From the human T2T-CHM13v2.0 reference genome, Homo sapiens: a DNA stretch of 64,000 bases. Of this stretch, positions 58,010-64,000 are shown piece after piece. Below the pieces are notes generated by a model. The model saw nothing but the letters and a program-made list of their open reading frames with translations. It did no database searches and was not told where the DNA came from. The stretch is from assembly GCF_009914755.1 (NCBI RefSeq), contig NC_060925.1; one strand, given 5' to 3'. The stretch's first letter is position 1. Each line of letters starts with the position of its first letter. A program made the translations under genes and the position numbers.

Positions 58010-58224
58010 CAGGACAGTCTTAACTGGGAACAATTTTGCCCCCCCAGGAAACATTTGGCAATGCCTGGAGACATTTTTGATTGTCAAAACTAGGGGACAG
58101 CTACTGGCCTCTGGTGGGGAGAGGTCAGGGGTGCTACTAGGTATCTTTCAGTGCATAGACAGCCCCACAAAACAGAAAATTATTCGACCCCAAGTGTCAA
58201 TCCTGTTGAGGCTGAGAAATTCTG
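58010..58224 (+). mobile_element. MER20 (hAT-Charlie)
   Basis: ttttgccccccaggaaacatttggcaatgcctggagacatttt...gaggctgagaaattctg. Confidence 0.88.
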
Positions 58225-58910
58225 ATCTAGGAAAACTTCTTCCCTTAACTCCCCTCCTGTTAGGGGCACTTTGGACATCATTTGCTTTAATTATCTTACC
58301 TCCTCACTTTATTATCCCGTGTGTCAATATCTGAAAACTCTTCGCAATATTATTTTGTATTTCCTTTTCTCAGATGGGTAATGTGGTTTCTGTTTCCTGC
58401 TAGGCTCTTTTGACCAGTTTTTGAGTAAAACAGAAGGAAGCTAGAGCCAGAGATTGAAGGTGAGTTTTCATGAAGGTTTAGTGAGGCATTGCATTAGAGG
58501 AGTTTACAGTGGAGTGGAAATCACACAAACAACATGGCTCTGTCCCAAAGGTAATTAAACAATGATTAAACCCTGCTCACCCATTCCATGAATCCTAGAA
58601 ATCCAAAGACTTCTTCAAGACTTCTGCAAATTTCTTGGCAGAGGTGGAATGGGGAGTTGGATTGATATTCTAATGTTTACCTCTGCTTTTTATTCAAATT
58701 GTATCTATGTGTTACACACAGTGACCCAGATATAACATAGCTCCTTCCCTCTCAGCACTTCCATTTCCACACAGCATGCAGGCATGAGTTTAGCATGCAG
58801 AGGAGTATTTGGCGGTAACTGGGAGACCTAGGAGGGCTTCACACTGCAGAAGTGGAAACACTGTTTAATTATATGTCAGACTTTTCCAATCTAAAAATGT
58901 CTCCATCTCC

Positions 58911-58997
58911 AGGATCGCGCCACTGCACTCCAGCCTCAGCGGCAGACCAACATTCCATCAAAAAACAAAAACAAAAACAAAAACAAACAAAAAAAGA
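58911..58997 (+). mobile_element. Heavily 5'-truncated Alu with an (A5C)n tail
   Basis: gatcgcgccactgcactccagcct followed by an A-rich tail. Confidence 0.8.
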
Positions 58998-60887
58998 AAC
59001 TTCCACTTACAAATGGACTTACAGACATTCCCTTGGCCCACAAATTCACTAACTGAATCTTTTCCTCTGGTCCACATAGATGCCAGCCTCATGTCACCTA
59101 AAAGGTTACTTGTTCATGCTTGCCTTCCCTCTCATGAGTAAAACAGTCTCATGCAGAAGAATTTACCATCTATTTGTTTCTCAGGCCTCTATCTAGGCAA
59201 CATCCATGGCTACAATGTCTTACCTTCAATCCTAGGTTGCTTATCAGAGTATTTTACTAAACAGTCATTTCTCTGTGTAAGAGAAAATCTGGTGCCAGCT
59301 ATTAGGATAGTAAATTTGTATTTGCTGGGTAGAGACTGAGATGGAGGAGAAAGGCATTCTGTCCATGTTTCCTTAGAACAGAGATGGCCCTGGAACCTTG
59401 CAGATAGGCAGAATGAGGAGCATCAGGTGACAGCACCATGGACAGCAGGGGCAGTAGCTAAGGGGAAATGTCCCATGGCTTTGTGAGAAGGCATCTACTG
59501 ACAGGCAGTGGGGAGAGTGGGAGATGGAAAGAATTTAGGGAGGAAAAACACAACAGATGTGTGATGGTAGCCGTAGTGGGAAGATTGATTTGTCAGCATA
59601 TACAGCACTTCATAGAGATTTCAAGACATAGTTGGGAGAGACTGTGGAAGCCAGAGGTCCCCATAAGCAGGTAAGTGCAGAATACTGGAGAACTGTATAT
59701 CACTCTATCCCTATAATTCCAAGTGAGGCCTGAGGACATTCATGTTGCATTTTATGTAAATGAGCACAAGCCCTATTTCAGGACATTCTAGTAGCCTTGC
59801 TTTGGGGTCAAGAAACATTCCTTATAGCCGTAGCACAAGTGCAACTTTTTTTGTGATGTATTCACCTACTTAATTTAAAAAGAATGCATTTTCTAATTTA
59901 TTATATTGAAAATTATTTGAAGATGTACTCATACGTCTTAATAATTTTTTTGATAGTTTAACTCATAAGATTAACCTCAAGGGACAGTCCTCTAGAGTCC
60001 AGTTTATATCCTCCTCTACTTCCATTTCATAGCTGCCATGCCTGTTTGTCACCCAGCGGGAATGAAATCCCTAATACCAGGCATATGCTGGCCACTGAAA
60101 AGAGAGGAGAATCTGATGCTATAGAAAATTGCTTCACACTGGGGTTTGAAGGACCCACCCATAGTCTACACAGTCCTCATGATTATAAATATACACTTGT
60201 GGGTAGTATCATAATCTTGGAAATTAGTACATATTCCTGGAATGCTCAGGGGCAAGAGATAAATTATGCATGTGCATATATAATATGTATATGCACATAA
60301 ATAATGCCTATCTGCTAGAATAAAGGGGTGGATCATAGCTTGTGGAAATGTTTAATAATTTAAGAGGAAAAACAGCTTTTAGTTATGTTAGAAAGAATAT
60401 TTCTATCTTAACAATATATTATTTATATATTTATCTATTAACTATGTGTTAACAATAGTCTGCTAATTAAAACCGACCAATGAAGCATAAATAGTTAAAT
60501 TCATATGAATTTGAAAATAATCTATTAAAAATAGAGCATTATTTTAAGCTGTCACTTCTCTCACCCTTGAGTTAAATACAGTTATTAAAGTTTTTACTAA
60601 ACTTTTGCACAATGCCCAGTTTCATTTGGAAGAGCAGTTCTATTTTCTATGGAAAGATGATGGAGATATGGTAAAAGGGGAACTAGGTTACAATAGGATG
60701 TCCTAGCTTCCATTCTGGCTCTGCCATATAAGAGCTATTTTTGAACTGGAATAAAGAGTCCTGCCCCCCTGGACTTCATCATTCTCACCTACTAAATGAG
60801 AGCTGTGTGACCTCTAAGTTCCTGCCAGCTCTGTGAATCTCTGGGAATACTAGATTTTTCTCATCTCGCTCTTCCTTCTTTTACTCC

Positions 60888-61469
60888 TATATTAGTCAGG
60901 ATTCTCTAGATGGACAGAACTAACAAAATATATATATACACACACATATATATATACACACACACACATATATATACACACACATATATATACACACATA
61001 TATATACACACATATATACACACACATATATACACATATATATATGACATTCCATATATATATTCCATATATATATATGAATTTATTAAGTATTAACTCA
61101 CATGATCACACAGTTCCACAATAGGCCATCTGCAAGCTGAGGAGCAAGGATAGCCAGTCCGAATTTCAAATTTCAAAACTGAAGAACTTGGAGTCCGATG
61201 CTCAAGGACAGGAAGCATCCAGCAGGGGAGGAAGATGTAGACAGGGAGGCTAGGCTAGTCTCTCTTTGCACACTTTTCTGTCTGTTTATATTCTAGCTGT
61301 GCTGGCAGCTGATTAGATTGTGCCCACCCAGATTAAGGGTGGGTCTCCCTTTCCCAGCCCACTGCCTCAAATGTTAATCTCCTTTGGCAACACCCTCACA
61401 GACACACCCAGGATCAATACTTTGTATCCTTCAATCTAATCAAGTTGACACTCAGTATTAACCATCACA
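60888..61469 (-). mobile_element. MLT2A1-like (HERVL) solo LTR with an expanded internal (TA)n(CA)n array (about 60928-61078)
   Basis: The right end reverse-reads TGTGATGGTTAATACTGAGTGTCAACTTGATT; perfect 5-bp TSD ACTCC (60883-60887, 61470-61474). Confidence 0.92.
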
Positions 61470-61491
61470 ACTCCCATTACTTCTATTCTTT

Positions 61492-61985
61492 TAAATCATT
61501 ATATTATAAAGACACATACATACGTATGTTCATTGTAGCACTATTCACAATAGAAAAGATATAGAGTCAACCTAAATGCCCATCAATAATAGACTGGATA
61601 AAGAAAATGTGGTACATACACACCATGAAATACTATGCAGCCATAAAAAGAATGAGATCATGTCATTTGCAGAAACATAGATGCAGCTGGAGGCCACTGT
61701 CCTTAGCAAACTAACACAGGAACAGAAAACCAAAAACTGTATGTTCTCTCTTATAAGTGGAAGCTAAATGATGAGAACACATGGACACTTACAGGGGAAC
61801 AACACACATTGGGGCCTTTCAGAGGGTGTAGGGTGGGAGGAAGGAGAAGATAAGGAAAAATAGCTAATGGGCACTAGGCTTAATATCTGGGTGATGAAAT
61901 AGTCCATAAAACAAACCCGCATGACACACGATTACCTATGTAACAAACCTGCACATGTACAGTGAACTTAAAATAAAAGTTAAAG
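61492..61985 (+). mobile_element. Older L1PA 3' end (about 490 nt)
   Basis: aaagacacat...gactggataaagaaaatgtgg...gtaacaaacctgcacatgtac...aacttaaaataaaagt. Confidence 0.9.
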
Positions 61986-62349
61986 AATTTTGTCAGCCTT
62001 GTTTATGAATTTTTTCTCCACATTTATTTTGCTTAATTTATAGAGTGGAAAAAGTGATATAGAGTTCCCCTCCTTCAGCCCTGTATTAATCTCATGCTGA
62101 TTATTGAAGTGCAGTTCACACTGTTTAAAGAGAAGAGGGTTTGAACTCAAGTAAACTTGGGTTTGAATCCTGGCTTCCCTATTTACTAGCAGTGTGACTT
62201 TGAGCATGTCACTTAAACTTCTTGTTCACTTGGAGAATAGGGTTAAGAATGTCTTCTTCTTATATTTGCTATGAGAATGGCCTGATCTTCCTACTTATGC
62301 CAATATATCCAATTTTTTCCTAGTGAGGCTCTTGCCTTCAAACAACTAT

Positions 62350-63420
62350 CTTCATTCAGTCAAAAAATATTTGTTGAGTGCTTCCTGTATGCAGGCACAC
62401 TTCTAGATGCTTGGTTAAATAGAGAGCCCTGACCTTATGGAGCTTATGTGCTAGAGACAAACAATAAACAACATATGATAAAGAAAATGCTATGGTATAT
62501 TAGAAGTTAATAATTGCTGTGGAAAGTAGAAAACAGAATAAGGATAATCAGAAATTTCACAGGAGAAAGAAGCTTGTAATTCTAACTTGAAAGAGCAGGC
62601 AAGATTTAGAAGAGGTGAGGGATTTAGTGAAATGCATACCTGAGGGAAGAGCATCCCAGCCAGAGTGAATGCTTAGAGCAAAATCCTAGATCATATAGGA
62701 CCTCATGGGGCATTGTCAGAGCTTTGTTTTTGCTCTGCATGAAATAAAGAAACCGTGAAGAGTTTTTAACATAGTACCAAAAATTAACTTTTTTTTTTTA
62801 AATCACTCTATCAGCTATGAAGATTCTCAGCCTTAGCCTTATTGACATTTTGCATCAAACTTTTGCTTCGGGCGATTTATTGTGTATTGTGTATTGTTTA
62901 TAGCATCCTTAACCACCACCTACTAGATGCCAGTAGTACTACCTCCCCCAGTTGTGACAATAAAAAATGTCTCCAGATAATATCTAATGTCCCTTGGTCA
63001 GCAGCAGAGGGTGGGGAGAATTTCCTCAGTTGAAAACTACTTGGGTAGACTATTGAGAGGCAAGAGTATAAATAGGGAAATCTTTTAGGAGGGTACTGCT
63101 ATAATCCTGGCTAGAGATCATGGTGGCTCAGACTAGGGTGGTAGCAGAAGATGTTGTGAATAATGCTTGGAATCTGGAGAGATTTTTAAAGGTAGAGAAA
63201 AATGGAATTCCTGATAGATTGGATATAGAGTGTGAGAAAAAGAAAGGAGTCAAGAATGACTCAAAAGTTTTGGCCTGAGCAAATGGAAGGGTGGAAATGC
63301 CATTAATAGAGACATGTAATGCTATTGGAGGAGTAGGTTTAGGGAGCCCAGCAAAGAAAACCAAGATTTAGTGTGGGACAGGTTGATTTTGGGACGATTA
63401 AGTAGACATTCAAATAAGCA
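62350..63420 (-). mobile_element. L2a interrupted by MER20
   Basis: ttcattcagtcaaaaaatatttgttgagtgcttcctgtatgcaggcac...ggagtcaagaatgactcaaaagttttggcctgagcaa. Confidence 0.8.
62820..63042 (-). mobile_element. MER20
   Basis: ctactagatgccagtag...cccagttgtgacaataaaaaatgtctccaga. Confidence 0.85.
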
Positions 63421-63422
63421 TG

Positions 63423-64000
63423 TGTGAGAAACAAACTCATCCATCCAAACCCAAAGAATGGACTTAGAGACTGGGAGAACAGTGAAAGTGAGACTTTTAA
63501 TGATGGTCTTGCAAGAATGGGTGTCTGATAGGCAGGCACACCCAGCACAGTTTTAACAAGCAATTTATCCCCTAGTGCACAGGTCCCTCCCCTGGTTCCT
63601 TATAGGCTGAGTATATGGGGTCACAATCTTCCCAGACGATGCCTATTGATTGCTGGGTAGGGGCTGAAGGTGTTCTTTTTTAGGGTTGTCTTACTGCATT
63701 TTGTTGCAGCCCACAATGCATTGCAATCCTAGTTTGCTCAGGGGCTCTTCAAATATTTGACTTATGACCTAAGCACCTGGGCAGGCTGAAAAGAACAGAC
63801 AAAGCAAGCTATTTGGCAGGCTAGTAAACTTTCATTGTAGACTAAACTTCTTTGCTTTGGGTGAGGGCAACTAAGTGGAGGCAGGGGAAGGGGGAGGAAG
63901 GGGGAGGCCAACAAGCAGACATCGGCTATCCAGGCAGGGGCCTAGTATATCCCGTTTCTTCTGTAGTTTGCTGACCTAAGCCGATTTAAGGCACTTTGTC
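63423..64000 (-). mobile_element. ERV1-class LTR, subfamily not assigned, running off the window end
   Basis: Abrupt start tgtgagaaacaaactcatccatccaaacccaaagaatggac inside L2; ATTAAA on the - strand about 80 nt from this terminus. Confidence 0.6.

Overview
Primate (very probably human) genomic DNA holding the 3' part of the paired-class homeobox gene PRRX1 on the + strand, followed by about 34 kb of repeat-rich downstream sequence. Exon 1 lies upstream of the window. Visible exons: exon 2 (10031-10206), exon 3 (16525-16706), a 72-nt stop-containing cassette exon 4 (20582-20653) and the terminal exon (26352 to about 29700), which encodes the OAR domain and a 3.2-kb 3' UTR. Apart from PRRX1 exons and L1 remnants, the ORF track looks like noise or repeat-derived frames. 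The repeats include seven Alus, two 5'-inverted L1PA copies, a full-length THE1C, several solo LTRs, DNA transposon MITEs, MIRs and L2s; family names come from recalled consensus sequences, not a search. I see no demonstrably new gene system. The best leads are hypotheses. (1) Exon 4 preserves frame, with UAA-CGG followed by open codons into the OAR exon, so readthrough or a separate 44-aa OAR peptide is possible. (2) G-runs, QKI motifs and a hairpin lie near this splicing switch. (3) A 143-bp palindrome with internal repeats sits at 43.5 kb. (4) Intron 1 has a motif-dense enhancer candidate. (5) The 3' UTR has miR-124/miR-9/let-7 sites, some removable by proximal polyadenylation.
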